The position numbers were made by a program, and so were the translations under genes. Source: the human T2T-CHM13v2.0 reference genome, Homo sapiens. Taken from it: 64,000 nucleotides of DNA. The stretch lies in the NCBI RefSeq assembly GCF_009914755.1, contig NC_060928.1. The stretch is one strand, 5' to 3'. Positions 27,034-45,099 of this stretch are shown piece after piece (positions within the stretch are counted from its first letter, which is position 1; each line of letters begins with the position of its first letter). The notes beneath the pieces are model-generated. The model ran no database searches. It had not been told where the DNA came from and saw only the letters and a list, made by a program, of their open reading frames with translations.

Positions 27034-29165
27034 GGCTGTGAATGTATGAGCTTTGTCACCAGTTTTCTGAAATTTTACAGTTATGTGTCTTGGTCTGTTT
27101 TCATCCATTGTACCAAGCATTCTCGATTTGGAAGCACATATCCTTCACTTATGGAACACTTTCTTCTTTTACTTTTTTCTCTGCTTTCTTTTCTATTCTA
27201 GATAATATTGGATATCTTCGAATGGTCTTCTAATTTTTTTTATTGTTTTTCTCTTTTTCATCTTTTCCATTATCTGGGAGAATTTTTTATTCTTATAATG
27301 TTATTGTACTTAGTTTTCATTTCTGTTGTTAATTTCCAAGAAAATTTTTCTTTATTATTTAGTTGTAGCATCTTATTATTCATGCCTACAGTAATGCAAT
27401 ATCTTTTTCCCTCCTCTCTCAAAGGATATTAATGATAGGCTGTTTTGTTTCTGTTAGATTTTTCTTTTCCTGCATAGTCTGTTTTCAACTTGATTATTTA
27501 AGTTAGTTATTTTTATCTTCTGACTTAGACTTTTCTGAAATGTTTGTTGATTGTTGGCCATTCACTCATGTAACGGTGGGCTGCTAAAATTGATTGGAAG
27601 CTCTGTACATCTGAATAGAACTTGCTTGACTGCAGGCTTCACTGGAGGGCTGTTTTTTCACATTCCCTGATGTCAGTATTTTTAGGTGTTTTTCTTTTTG
27701 TGGTAATCAGATTTTTTCAGATAAGGTATTCCAGTATTCTATCTAGAGGGTATATACTTGGTTGATGCAAATGTTCTGGTAGCTGGAGCTTTTAATTTCT
27801 GAATTTTTGAGGGTCCTGACATGATAATCATTGTCTTTGCTTTCTCATCGCTGACTTAGGATTCAGTTTTCTTTGGTCTGCTCAGTCAGTTACTATTTTT
27901 TAATCTAATTTCAAAGTTCTAAATTTTGTTGCTTTCTCAGTTTTTTTCTTATAGGTTGAAACAAAATTGTGATAATTTATTTATGGTTGTCTGTTTTTCC
28001 TTTTTTTGACTTTAACATGTAATGTTTTCATAAGTTCTTAAATTTTTTTATAAATATAATTTAAAATAGCTACATAGTTTATTATTTGGATGCACCTTAG
28101 TTTACTTAACAAGGGTTTTTTTTTAAGATATTGTTTGTAAAGTTAAACTTTTACAAATGAAGCTGTGATAGGCAGCCAAAGGAAATTTCAAAAATATTTT
28201 TCAAACTTTTAGTACAGTGGTAGCATAATTTGGGTGAGTATTTAGCTTCTCAAGGTTGTAGACTTAAGTTTTGTTTGGATTTGTCAGATCTGACATAAAT
28301 TTGTTTTTAGAAAATTAGTCATAATGTCTTATGGTCATTTCTTAAGATATTAGGTCATGTGAAATAATCTCATTATGTTACTGGTTAGACAAATTTTGAG
28401 TGTGTAATCTTGAGTGTAACATCTGAAGACAAACAAATGGATAATCAAGTTGACTAGAAAGGTTGCTAGAATAGTGAGGATTTTCAGAATTGTTTAATAG
28501 AATGAGGATATTATGAAGAAATTAAGGAAAAAAGAAAAGCTGGGAAACACGGGCAATTTTTGTGTGTTTAAAAATCTATGCCATTTTCCTAATATCTTCT
28601 CTGACCCCACCTCTCTCTTTCTCTTTTAATGTCTCTCCCACGTCTCTTTCCCCAATCCTTCCCGGTTCCTCCTTCCCGGTTTTTAATTGAGCATTGACTG
28701 TGCCAGGAAGTACCTTAGGCTTTGGGGGGAAGGGGAGGTCACCATAATAGACATGGAGCCTATAGTCTAGGCATTTATTGTGCTTAATGGGAAAATTTAG
28801 GTATTAATTAAATAATCATGTTAAAGATGATATAGTTATAAACTACATGTTCTTTGGAGTTTGAAGAAGTGACATTTAAGTTGATTCCCAAAGACAGTCA
28901 AGTAACAAATACTTATTGAGTACTTATTGCATGCCAGGTACTGTTTTAGGATGAGACATAGTAATAAAGTGATGGAATTTTGTGTGTGTGCGTGTGTGTG
29001 TGTATGTGTATATCTACGTTAATTTTTCTGATTTCTTATTTATATATCTCAGCATCACAGGGTTGAAAAGCACCTCAACAAATCCTATTAGAATAATGAG
29101 CACTCATCTTGTGGATATAGATATCACCCTGAGTAGGCCTTAATTGGCATAACTGTATTTTATGA

Positions 29166-29464
<299 letters not shown>

Positions 29465-29633
29465 ACAACTGTATTTTAGATGTTAACTTTAAGTAGGCCT
29501 TTTAAAGGAATTATCTATACAAAGCAATCATGGATGTAACAGAACTTCAAAGGAAATAAAACATTGGCTTTTTATAATTACAATTACATGGTGAGAAAAA
29601 GATTCAAAAGCAAATGTTTCTATGTTGAGATAA

Positions 29634-29949
<316 letters not shown>

Positions 29950-32117
29950 TACAATTAGAATCTTATGCTTTCTTTTACAACCTCAAATGGACAGTGCTCA
30001 TAAAATTAAAAAATCATGCTTTCATAAACATTAAAACCTGTCATAAAATTAGTGGCAATTAATAGGCTTTCTTAGTCTCTCTATATAAATAACCAGTGAA
30101 CCATTTATTTTCTCCCTGTTGTGCAAAGCCAAGTGGTCAATGCAGTTGATTTCAGATTGAGCATTTTTTTAACAAAATTATTGAAGCATACACAGACTTA
30201 ATACTTTTGGAGAATTATGGAGTATGAAAGGAAAATTTTGAACTCTGCAGTTTTTACTGCTAGAGAGTTCTAAGACATTCAAAGTTATTTTTCTTTTTAA
30301 CCGATGAAAGAATGTTTATGTGCAGAAAAAGATGAGATATTTTTGTTGAAGCAAGTGATTGTGCTTCAGACTGGAATCCTTTTGAATTCATGTTGTTTTC
30401 CCTGTAAAGAGAAACCAGGAAGAAGAAAATCCGATGACACTAATACATCATCCCAGATGCTTTCAAAGGATTCCTTTTTGTATGGGAACTTATAAGCAAT
30501 CACACTATTGCCATAATGAGATTCTTTTGGGTGGTTGAGTAGCTTTCCTTCATTCCTCTTCTGGTAGACTCAGTAAAATTGGCTAGAGAGATCAGTGATC
30601 ACCAGAGAGTGAGCTGTGTGGCTAGAGCTTGAATCCAAGTGGTCCAAAAACACCGTTTTTATTCTTATCCCCTCTCAGGAGAATGGTACTCATGAATGGA
30701 GTGGCATGCATCTTCTCTGAAGGCAGGATGTCTGTGCTGTTTTCTTCTCATGGCTAAATTAGGTAGTCTCTGTCTGTTGATAAAAAGGCTCATAATAAAA
30801 ATAAAAAATGCAAAAAGGAATTGTTGAAATCTCATTTCTCTGCCACACATAAGTGATAACCTCTCAGTGTAAACCAAACAATCTGTAAATAGTCTGGAAT
30901 ATCTGTGTGACAAATGACAAACCTCAGAGTACTGCCAGCTGTGTTTTCCAGGAGGGTTACTGATCGCAGATTGGAATTTGGCATATATTGTAAAGTTGAC
31001 ATATTGGGTGTTCATATGTATTAGATAATTTCTATGGTTCTTTTTTTCCTTGAGCAGCTCAGTAGATGATGGTGCCATTTATTTATATGGGGAAGACTTG
31101 TAGAGGATCAGATTAGGGGAAATTAGTAGTTTTGTTTTGGCCATGGTAACTTTGAGATGTCTGTTAGACATGAAAGAAGTTACATAGAAATTACTGGTGG
31201 TCAGGGGAGCAATTCGGACAATAGTGTCAACTCTGAATATTCCTTGACATCCCCAGGCAGAACAATGCATTTCTTTTTGTGTTATTATAACATCTTTTAT
31301 CCTTTAGATTTTTTTCATAATATTTATTATATTGCTCTGATTGTTGGTGTGTTTGTTTTTTCCTAAGGTCCAGGATCCTGTTGTGTTTCTATCAGCTTCT
31401 GGTACATAATAGATATTCAATAAATGATGTTTACATTCTCTCACCAGATCCTGTCAGTTTTACCTGTCAGGTATCTGTCAAGTCCATTTCTTTCTGTTCC
31501 CATTGCCTTAGTGCCGATTCTCATCATCTCATTAGAATCAGGGCATTTAAAAATTTTTTTAAGTGGTAGAACTCATTTTCAAATAAACTAAATGTAAGAT
31601 CCTCATTATATGAGAGTATCAATTAGAGATTGGGTTGGACACTATTAATAAGAGAGCTATCTGACTATAATGGCTCAAGTGTAAAAGAGTTTCTTTTCTT
31701 CACATAATGATTAGTTGGGAGGTAGATGATTTTGGAATTGAATTGGTGGTTCAAATATATCAGTCAAAATGTCTTGAGATTCTCTTGGCCTTTGCCTCAT
31801 GGGAAAGGAGAGTGATGCTGAATTTAAATGGAGCAGGGAATTTAAATAGAATTTAAGTAGAACATAAAATATGGTGTGATATTATTTAAGTGTAAGGAAA
31901 CTTGAATTTGTTTAAATTGAATAGTTTGATGATAATTTTAAGATAAAAAGGTGAGTATAAAAGCAGAAGAGCATAAAGAAGTCATTTCAACAGACTAGAG
32001 GAATGTGACTGGGCTACAATCAAAGGATCTAATAAGAGCAGAAAGGTTAGGCAAATCTTGGAGAAATTATGGAGTAAGTAGATAGATGGTTTTAAAATTA
32101 ATATTAAGAGGGAGAAG

Positions 32118-32390
<273 letters not shown>

Positions 32391-32976
32391 AGAGGTATTA
32401 AGACAGATGATTAACTTCAAGCTTTTAAGCCTACTGAACTGTCAGGATGATGGTACTTTTAATGGTGATGGGAAAATGGGAGAAATTGTATGGATGTACA
32501 GTAGCAGATTATTCACATTTGTGTTACAGGAAATCACAGTCTGAATAGAAAATGGTCAGAATGGCTAAAATGGTCACCTATTGTTTTCTTAGAATAAGGG
32601 TGGTGAACACAGAACGGGAAAATTCTTCAAGGTCTTTCTTGAATTCGAAACATGAAGTCATAACCAAGTATCTGGGACCTATTTGTAGTGATCTGCAGGA
32701 ATTTATGAAAGTGCCAAAGAATTAACAGTTTATTCGGCTTCTAAGTGTTATTAATGTGAACTTTTTGATAGTTGGAACATTTTGATCCCATACTCTCTTT
32801 GGTGCCTTTCACCTAATACTGTTCTAAAATAGGCTAATTTTAATAAATATTCAGCAAAGGAACATTCTTAGTGTTTAACTTCAAATTAAATGTTGTAAAC
32901 TTATTTTAACATCTAAAGTCCATTATGTTTGAGTGTTCTGTTAAATTCAACAAGCTAATAACCTTTTTTTTTTAAG

Positions 32977-33086
32977 GTACAGCAGGGAAGAACTGGAAAC
33001 TCAGAGAAAGAAACTGCCCTTCCATCTACAAAAGCTGAGTTTACTTCTCCTCCTTCTTTGTTCAAGACTGGGCTTCCACCGAGCAG
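32977..33086 (+). CDS. FIP1L1: FIP1L1 exon 10 ([36 protein letters not shown])
   Basis: Poly(T)-AAG| acceptor, |GTTAGT donor, 110 nt. Confidence 0.97.
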
Positions 33087-33308
33087 GTTAGTTACATAGT
33101 TATAACTCAATTACTGTACGACATTGGTATCTTTACATTGTATTTGTGCTATATTAAGTATAAAAGCTCTGAATGTTTTACCAAAAAACTGGAACATTTT
33201 ACTTTGGTTTAGTACAAAATGAATTCTTCACAAGAAACTTCTTGATGTTTTTCCATCTAAAAAGCCTAGGGTAAGCAAGAAGTGAAGTGCGGTATATAGT
33301 TTTGTGTA

Positions 33309-33376
33309 TGAATAAAGAGACAATCTTATATTCAAGAGAGGTGAATAAAGAGACAGTCTTACATTCAAGAGAGGTG
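33309..33376. repeat. 33-bp tandem duplication carrying two AATAAA hexamers
   Basis: AATAAAGAGACARTCTTAYATTCAAGAGAGGTG twice (33311, 33344). Confidence 0.9.
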
Positions 33377-34204
33377 GTAACAGTAGTATTTGCTGTTTCC
33401 TGTGCTCCCTATTCTTACATAAAGAATTATTGGACTTCTAAGTCTAGATCTATTGGCCTGAAGGTCTTTTGCTAATTGTAGTGAAAGAGGCTATTGAAAT
33501 TTCAGCTTGGAAAATCTTTAAAATTGGAACCATTTGTTGTTGTTGTTTGATTTTATATGATAATACCTCATATGTTCCCGAAGGTATCAGATGTAAGAGG
33601 CAAATATGCTAGAAAATGTCTTTTTTACTTAAATGTGACAAATGGTTACCCTATTATGCCATTACCAGGAAACTGGTAAAGGATAGTAGGCTAAGACTAG
33701 CGAAGTTTGAGGTCAGTAGTTTAATCTTGGACTAGATAAGATGACTAAAGTCTGGGCCTGAAACAAATTAATAACCCAACTATTACTAGTTCTCAGCCAG
33801 ATCACTTACCTTTTGTGTTACTGGTTTAAATTTATTTTATATAGTTTTCTGTTTTTGTTATTCTACAGTTTTGTATTGTTATAAGAGACATTTTAGAATA
33901 ATCTAATGCAGGAAGAGACTTTATAGTGGCATCTAGTCTAGCTCTAAGATAACGATTCTTGAAGCCTTCAGCCAAAATTAAATGGCATAAAGTGATCCAG
34001 GATTTTTGTGAATTGTCATAGACATAATGAAATGTGATTATTTAAGCTAAATATAATCTCAAAATGTTTGGTTTTAAAGAATTTATGACAGCTAAGCTTT
34101 AAATATGTAGTAATATATAATATTGTAATATGTAGTATTCTTTTGGCTTATACATTTTTTAAGAGGTTAACTTTCATTCATTGAGTTTATGGTATTCTGC
34201 AGTA

Positions 34205-34450
34205 TAGAGTGATGGTAACAGCTTGGACTCTGGAGTCAGATTTCTGGAGTTCAGATGCTGGCTCTGCGGCTTACTAGCTGTGCTGTCGTTGGGCAAATTC
34301 TCTAATCTTATGCCTTGATTTCTTAATCTGTAAAATGTAGTAATAGTACTTCCCTCACAGTGTAGTTATCTATATTCAGTGGATTCATTTATGTAAAGTG
34401 TTTTAGAACAGTGCTGGTACCTAGAAAATACTCTAGATGTTTGCTATTAT
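34205..34450 (+). mobile_element. MIR SINE
   Basis: GACTCTGGAGTCAGA...GGCTCTGCGGCTTACTAGCTGTG...TTGGGCAAAT...ATCTGTAAAATG core. Confidence 0.75.
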
Positions 34451-34509
34451 ACTTAAACTATTTAAAAATCAATAGTTTTTCTGTACTTTGCCTTTTGTTT
34501 TTTTATTGT

Positions 34510-35640
34510 TGATTGGCCTTTCAAAATTTGGGCCAGATTATGTAAGGGCTGTGTGCCATTATAAAGGCTTTGGCTTTTCCTATAAATTAAATAAATGGGG
34601 ACTCACTGGCGGATTTTGAGCAGAGCAATGAAATAATCTGATTTAGGTTTGTAAAGTTTCGATTTAGTCGCTTTACTAAAAACAGACTACAGAGTTACTT
34701 AGGGTGGGTGAAAACAGGGAGGCCAGTTAGGAGGTTGCAGCAATTATCTAGGCAAGAGATAATGGTAACTTGGACCAAGATAATGGTGTGGAGATGTTGA
34801 GAAGTAGTCAGATACCAGTTATATTTCAGAAGGTAAGCCAATAGCCTATCTTGATGGATTGGATGTAGATTGTAGAGGAAAAAGCAGTTAAGGATGAATC
34901 CAAGGTTTTTGTTCTGATCAACTGAACCAGAATGATGGTTTTGTCATTTACAGAGATGGAAAAGACCATAAGGAGGAGTGGTTATTGGAGGAAGAAGACC
35001 AAGAGTTCAGTGTAGAATATAATAAAAATGAGATGCCTATTGGACGTGCAAGTGGGAAATTTGAGTAGGAAGTTGGCTATATGGATCTGGAGTAGAAGGG
35101 AAGAGTATGGGCTGGAGATAATGAATTTAGGATAATCAGTGTTTAATATTACTTAAATGAAACTACAAAATGGAATTAGACCATAAAAGAGGTAAGTATT
35201 GATAGAGAAGTGGTAAGAGACAGCCTTGGGGCACTCCCTTGTATGTCAGGAAAATAAGGATTAACTAGTAAGAGGAGACCATTAATAAGGAGGAATGATG
35301 AATGAAGTAGGAAAAAAACCCACTGTATGTCTTGAAAATGATGTGTTTCAAGGAGAAATGTCAGCTATCAAATACTAAATCCAATTGATTGGTCAAGAAA
35401 ATGAAGACTAAGAATGACCATTGGATTTTATTGATGGTCATTGGTGATCCTGACCAGGATCATTTTCATTTGTATAAAATGAAGATAAAAGACTTTGGAA
35501 TGGATTAAAGAAAGAGTGGGAGGAAAAGAATTAGAAAGAGAAAATATGGGCACTTTTTGGAAGACTATTTTCTTTCTGTGGGGGCCAGAGAAATGTGACA
35601 GTATCTGGAGGGAAATGTGGGGTCAGGAGAAGTTTTTTTT
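34510..35640 (-). mobile_element. L2 LINE fragment
   Basis: Purine-rich diverged L2-like wording (GGAGGCCAGTTAGGAGG, TGAGATGCCTATTGGAC, GATCTGGAG); boundaries and strand approximate. Confidence 0.5.
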
Positions 35641-35666
35641 CAAAACAAAGAAAAAAACAGCATTTT

Positions 35667-35964
<298 letters not shown>

Positions 35965-37474
35965 ACAGCATTTTGTATATTTATGGGAATGAGTTATTAA
36001 AGGAGAAATTGGTGGTGTAAGACAGGGAAGTTGTAGAGGAATGTCGTTTAATAAAGCCAAAGGGATGAGATGTAATATGAAGTAGAGAAGTTGCCCTTAA
36101 GTAGAAGCATGGACCGTTCATTCATAAGAACAGTAACGAAGGCAGGATACAGGGCACCAGTGCAGATGGGTAGGTGGATAATGGAATGGGAATAATTGAA
36201 AGTTCTCTTCTGATTGCTTTCATTTTTCCCGGCAAAATAATATGCACACTTATCTGGTGAGAGTGAGGCTGTTGGAAATAAGAGGCCATTGGAAGGTAGC
36301 ATTGAGTGTTTGAGAAGAAAAGAGGTCTGAAATAGTTTTTTGGAGCTCTGTGAATAAACTAGGTGAAAGGAGTAGCTGGGCAGCTGGAGTGAAGTGTGGG
36401 GTCAAGAGAAACCTTTTTTTTCAAGATGAGAGGAATTACAGTATTTTTATATGCTGATGGGAATGAGTTAAAGTAAAAAATTGATGACACAGGGAGAGAA
36501 ACTGTACAGTACTACTTTCTTATCTAGGTTTTGCTTTCCTTGGTTTCAATTACCTGTAGTATGTTACAATAAGGTATTTTGAGAGAGACCACATTCATAC
36601 AACTTTTATTATATTAGATTGTTTTTAGATTGGTGTAAAAGTAATTGCGGTTTTGGACTGTGAAATTTAAATCATAACTAGGCTCAAACACATCTTTATT
36701 AATCAAAATAGAAACCATTACAATCACATTTTTTGCCAATGAGAAATAAGTTTCTTTATTCCTGTAGTGTAAAAATCCGTGCTTCGGATTTGACAAACTC
36801 TTGGAAAGCATTTTCTGTATCCTGCTGATTGTGGAAGTGTTTTCCCTGCAAAAAGTTCTTAAGATGCTTGAAAAAGTGGTAGTTGGGAGGCAGGAGATCA
36901 GATGAATATGGCGGATGAGGCAAAACTTTGTTGTCCAATTCATTCAACTTTTGAAGCATTGGTTGTGCAACATGCGGTTGGGCATTGTTGTGGAGGAGTA
37001 TTGGGCTCGTTCTGTTGCCCAATGCCGGCTGCAGGCATTGCAGTTTTTGGTGCATCTCATCGATTTGCTGAGCATACTTCTTAGATGAAGTGGTTGTGCT
37101 GGTATTCAGAAAGCCGTAGTGGATTAGACCAGCAGCAGACCACCAAACAGTGACCATGATCTTTTTCTGGTGCAAGTTTGGCTTTGGGAAGTGCTTTGGA
37201 GCTGCTTCTCTCTCCAGCCACTGAGCTGGTCATCTCCAGTCATCGTATAAAATGCACTTTTTTTTTTTTATTATACTTTAAGTTTTAGGGTACATGTGCA
37301 CAATGTGCAGTTTAGTTACATATGTATACATGTGCCATGCTGGTGTGCTGCACCCACTAACTCGTCATTTAGAATTAGGTATATCTCCTAATGCTATCCC
37401 TCCCCCCTCCCCCCACCCCACAACAGTCCCCAGAGTGTGATGTTCCCCTTCCTGTGTCCATGTGTTCTCATTGT

Positions 37475-41282
<3,808 letters not shown>

Positions 41283-41345
41283 TATGATGTTAGCTGGTTA
41301 TTTTGCTCGTTAGTTGATGCAGTTTCTTCCTATCCTCGATGGTTT

Positions 41346-42362
41346 TTACAGTTTGGCATGATTTTGCAGTGGCTGGTACTGGTTGTTCCTTTCCAAGTTT
41401 AGTGCTTCCTTCAGGAGCTCTTTTAGGGCAGGCCTGGTGGTGACAAAATCTCTCAGCATTTGCTTGTCTGTAAAATATTTTATTTCTCCATCTCTTATGA
41501 AGCTTAATTTGGCTGGACATGAAATTCTGGGTTGAAAATTCTTTCCTTTAAGAATGTTGAATATTGGCCCCCACTCTCTTCTGGCTTGTAGAGTTTCTGC
41601 GGAGAGATCTGCTGTTAGTCTAATGGGCTTCACTTTGTGGGTAACCCGACCTTTCTCTCTGGCTGCCCTGAACATTTTTTCCTTCATTTCATCTTTGGTG
41701 AATCTGACGATTATGTGTCTTGGAGTTGCTCTTCTCAAGGAGTATCTTTGTGGCGTTCTCTGTATTTCCTCAATTTGAATGTTGGCCTGCCTTGCTAGAT
41801 TGGGGAAGTTCTCCTGGATAATATCCTGCAGAGTATTTTGCAACTTGGTTCCATTCTCCCCGTCACTTTCAGGTACACCAATCAGATGTAGATTTGGTCT
41901 TTTCACATAGTCCCATATTTCTTGGAGGCTTTGTTCGTTTCTTTTTATTCTTTTTTCTCTAAACTTCCCTTCTCACTTCATTTCATTCATTTGATCTTGC
42001 ATCACTGATACCCTTTCTTTCAGTTGATCACCTCGGCTCCTGAGGCTTCTGCATTCTTCACGTAGTTCTCAAGCCTTGGTTTTCAGCTCTGTCAGCTCCT
42101 TTAAGCACTTCTCTGTATTGGTTATTCTAGTTATACATTCTTCTAAATTTTTTTCAAAGTTTTTAACTTCTTTGCCTTTGGTTTGAATTTCCTCCCGTAG
42201 CTTGGAGTAGTTTGATCGTCTGAAGCTTTCTTCTCTCAACTCGTCAAAGGCATTCTCTGTCCAGCTTTGTTCCGTTGCTTGTGAGGAACTGCGTTCCTTT
42301 GGAGGAGGAGAGGCACTCTGCTTTTTAGAGTTTCGAGTTTTTCTGCTCTGTTTTTTCCCCAT
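41346..42362 (-). pseudogene. L1 ORF1p, premature stop after codon 97
   Basis: MGKKQSRK...ELKTKA* (stop at 42069-42071), C-terminal part ...LQNHAKL* to 41346. Confidence 0.92.
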
Positions 42363-42937
42363 CTTTGTGGTTTTATCTACTTTTGGTCTTTGATGATGGT
42401 GATGTACAGATGGGTTTTTGGTGTGGGTGTCCTTTCTGTTTGTTAGTTTTCCTTCTAACAGACAGGACCCTCAGCTGCAGGTCTGTTGGAGTTTGCTGGA
42501 GGTCTACTCCAGATCCTGTTTGCCTGGATACCAGCAGCGGTGGCTGCAGAACAGCGGATTTTCGTGAACCGCGAATGCTGCTGTCTGATCGTTCCTCTGG
42601 ACGTTTTGTCTCAGAGGAGTACCTGGCCATGTGAGGTGTCAGTCTGCCCCTACTGGGGGGTGTCTCCCACTTAGACTGCTCGGGGGTCAAGGGTCAGGGA
42701 CCCACTTGAGGAGGCAGTCTGCCCGTTCTCAGATCTCCAGCTGCGTGCTGGGAGAACCACTGCTCTCTTCAAAGCAGACAGGGACATTTAAGTCTGCAGA
42801 GATTACTTCTGTCTTTTTGTCTGTGCCCTGCCCCCAGTAGTGGAGCCTACAGAGGCAGGCAGGCTTCCTTGAGCTGTGGTGGGCTCCACCCAGTTGGAGT
42901 TTCCTGGCTGCTTTGTTTACTTAAGGAAGCCTGGGCA

Positions 42938-43192
42938 ATGGCGGGCGCCCCTCCCCCAGCCTCGCTGCCACCTGGCAGTTTGATCTCAGACTGCTGTGCT
43001 AGCAATCTGCGAGACTCCGTGGGCGTAGGACCCTCCGACCCAGGTGCAGGATATAATCTCCTGGTGCGCCGTTTTTTAAGCCCATTGGAAAAGCGCAGTA
43101 TTAGGGTGGGAGTGACCCAATTTTCCAGGTGCTGTCTGTCACCCCTTTCTTTGACTAGGAAAGGGAACTCCCTGACCCCTTGCGCTTCCTGA
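42938..43192 (+). CDS. L1 ORF0 homolog (84 aa, antisense 5'UTR ORF)
   Basis: GCAATGG context; MAGAPPPASLPPGSLISDCCASNLRDSVGVGPSDPG... open to TGA at 43190-43192; expression unproven. Confidence 0.6.
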   Translation: MAGAPPPASLPPGSLISDCCASNLRDSVGVGPSDPGAGYNLLVRRFLSPLEKRSIRVGVTQFSRCCLSPLSLTRKGNSLTPCAS

Positions 43193-45099
43193 GTGAGGCA
43201 ATGCCTTGCCCTGCTTTGGCTCGCCCATGGTGCGCTGCACCCACTGTCCTGCGCCCACTGTCTGGCACTCCCTAGTGAGATGAACCCGGTACCTCAGATG
43301 GAAATGCAGAAATCACCCGTCTTCTGCGTCGCTCACGCTGGGAGCTGTAGACCGGAGTTGTTCCTATTTGGCCACCTTGGCTCCATCCTTAAAATCCACT
43401 TTTCATCGCACATCACAGTCAGATAGAGGAATGGTTCATTGTTGCATAGAGTAAGAGAAGACAACACTTCATGAGGATGATTTTTTTGATTTTCGGTCAG
43501 CTTATGAGGCACCCACTTAACTGAGCTTTTTCACCTTTCTGATTTGCTTCAAATGCCTAACAACTGTAGAATGGTCGTTGAGTTCTTCGACAGCTTCTCG
43601 TGTAGTTGTAAGAGGATCAACTTCGATGATTGCTCTTAGTTGGTCATTGTCAACTTCCAATGACCAGCCAAGGTTCTCGTTTCCTTTGTAAAACTTCTGG
43701 AACTACCACTGCACTGTATGCTCATTAGCAATTCCTGGGCCAAATGTGTTGTTGATGTTGCGAGTTGTCTCTGCTGCTTTATGACCCATTTTGAACTTGA
43801 ATAAGAAAATTGCTCGAATTTGCTTTTTGTCTAACATCATTTCCATAGTCTAAAATAAACATAAAATAAACAGCAAGTAATAAGTCATTAGCAGAAAAAA
43901 TAAAGAAATAAAACGAGAAATGCCCATTAACATGATGTGTAACATAACTATTTGTTTAAGAATGTATTCCAGTATCAAACTGCAGATCCCAAAAGTGCAA
44001 AAACCGCAATTACTTTTGCACTCACCTAATTGTTCTCTTTTATTATTGTTAATTTCTTACTGTGTTTAATTATAAATTAAATTTTATAGGCATGTATATA
44101 TAGAAAAAATCATTGTACATATTGGGTTCAGTACCATCCTCAGTTTCAGGCATCCACTGGAGGCCTTAGGATATATCCTCCACTGAGGGTCTTAGAATGT
44201 ATCCCCCAAGAATAAGGTGGGGGGGGCTGCTGTATATTTTCAACTTTTCTTGAAATTAATGGCCATGGGTTTAAAGTGTGACAGTCTTGTCGCTGCTTTT
44301 TGGGTGTTTCTCTGACTCTTGTTAGGTATATGAGTGTTTATGAAGGTTAGCTAGAGTTGGATTTAACAGAGGTTGATGTATCAGGGAATTATAAAAAAGG
44401 GATGAAGGGGACAGGTACATGAGCATTTACTTGAGGGAGTTATTGTAATGATGGGCCATTGGCTAAGAAGAGATGGAGGGCAAATATAGGTAAGGGACAG
44501 CTGAAAGGAGGTAAAGAAAGGATGGAAAAATTAGCAGGGCTATCACTACTAAAAAACGAAAAATGAATAATTACCACTGCTACCTATAAAAGTTACCTAA
44601 GTTGTCAATACTGTCACTTTCGTACGTAAAGGACAGTAGCCACAACTCATTAGGAAAGTTTGTTTTCTGGATTCCATTTGATAAAAAGGATACTTTGCAG
44701 TCATTGTGAAATATTTCCCATAAAAGTATTTTTTTTGTTTTATTCGTTATATTTATGGAGATTGGATAGACATCTTTGAAAGTAAAATTGTATTGACCTT
44801 AGGGAGAAAACAGTAAATGTTATTCATAAAGATATAATACAGGGTGCACAGTAGATGTTTAAGACTAATGAGCTGTGCTACTGACCTAAGCACTGTATTT
44901 CCATTGTTTACAATCTTAGATTGCCTTATTAATGTATATGTAAGTGTTGATATGCTTGCACAGAACTTTTAAAAATATTTTTTCGTACTTTATCAATAGA
45001 AATGCTGGGTTTCCAACGTTCTGTAGTACCCATCAAATTGGCACTGTTAAGTAAAATTTTATATTTAATATATCAGAATGCTTTGCTTAATCTTTAAAC

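Noticed and set aside
30665-31078. 137-aa minus-strand ORF in intron 9
   Set aside because: No recognisable domain or promoter/splice context; starts in L2-like repeat sequence
33309-33376. Short direct repeats (also 23611, 51612, ~7215) as a CRISPR-like array
   Set aside because: Only two copies each, no repeat-spacer series, eukaryotic intron, no cas genes
36756-37175. Mariner ORF as SETMAR or another domesticated gene
   Set aside because: No SET domain, catalytic Asp altered, interrupted by L1; a decayed Hsmar1 copy
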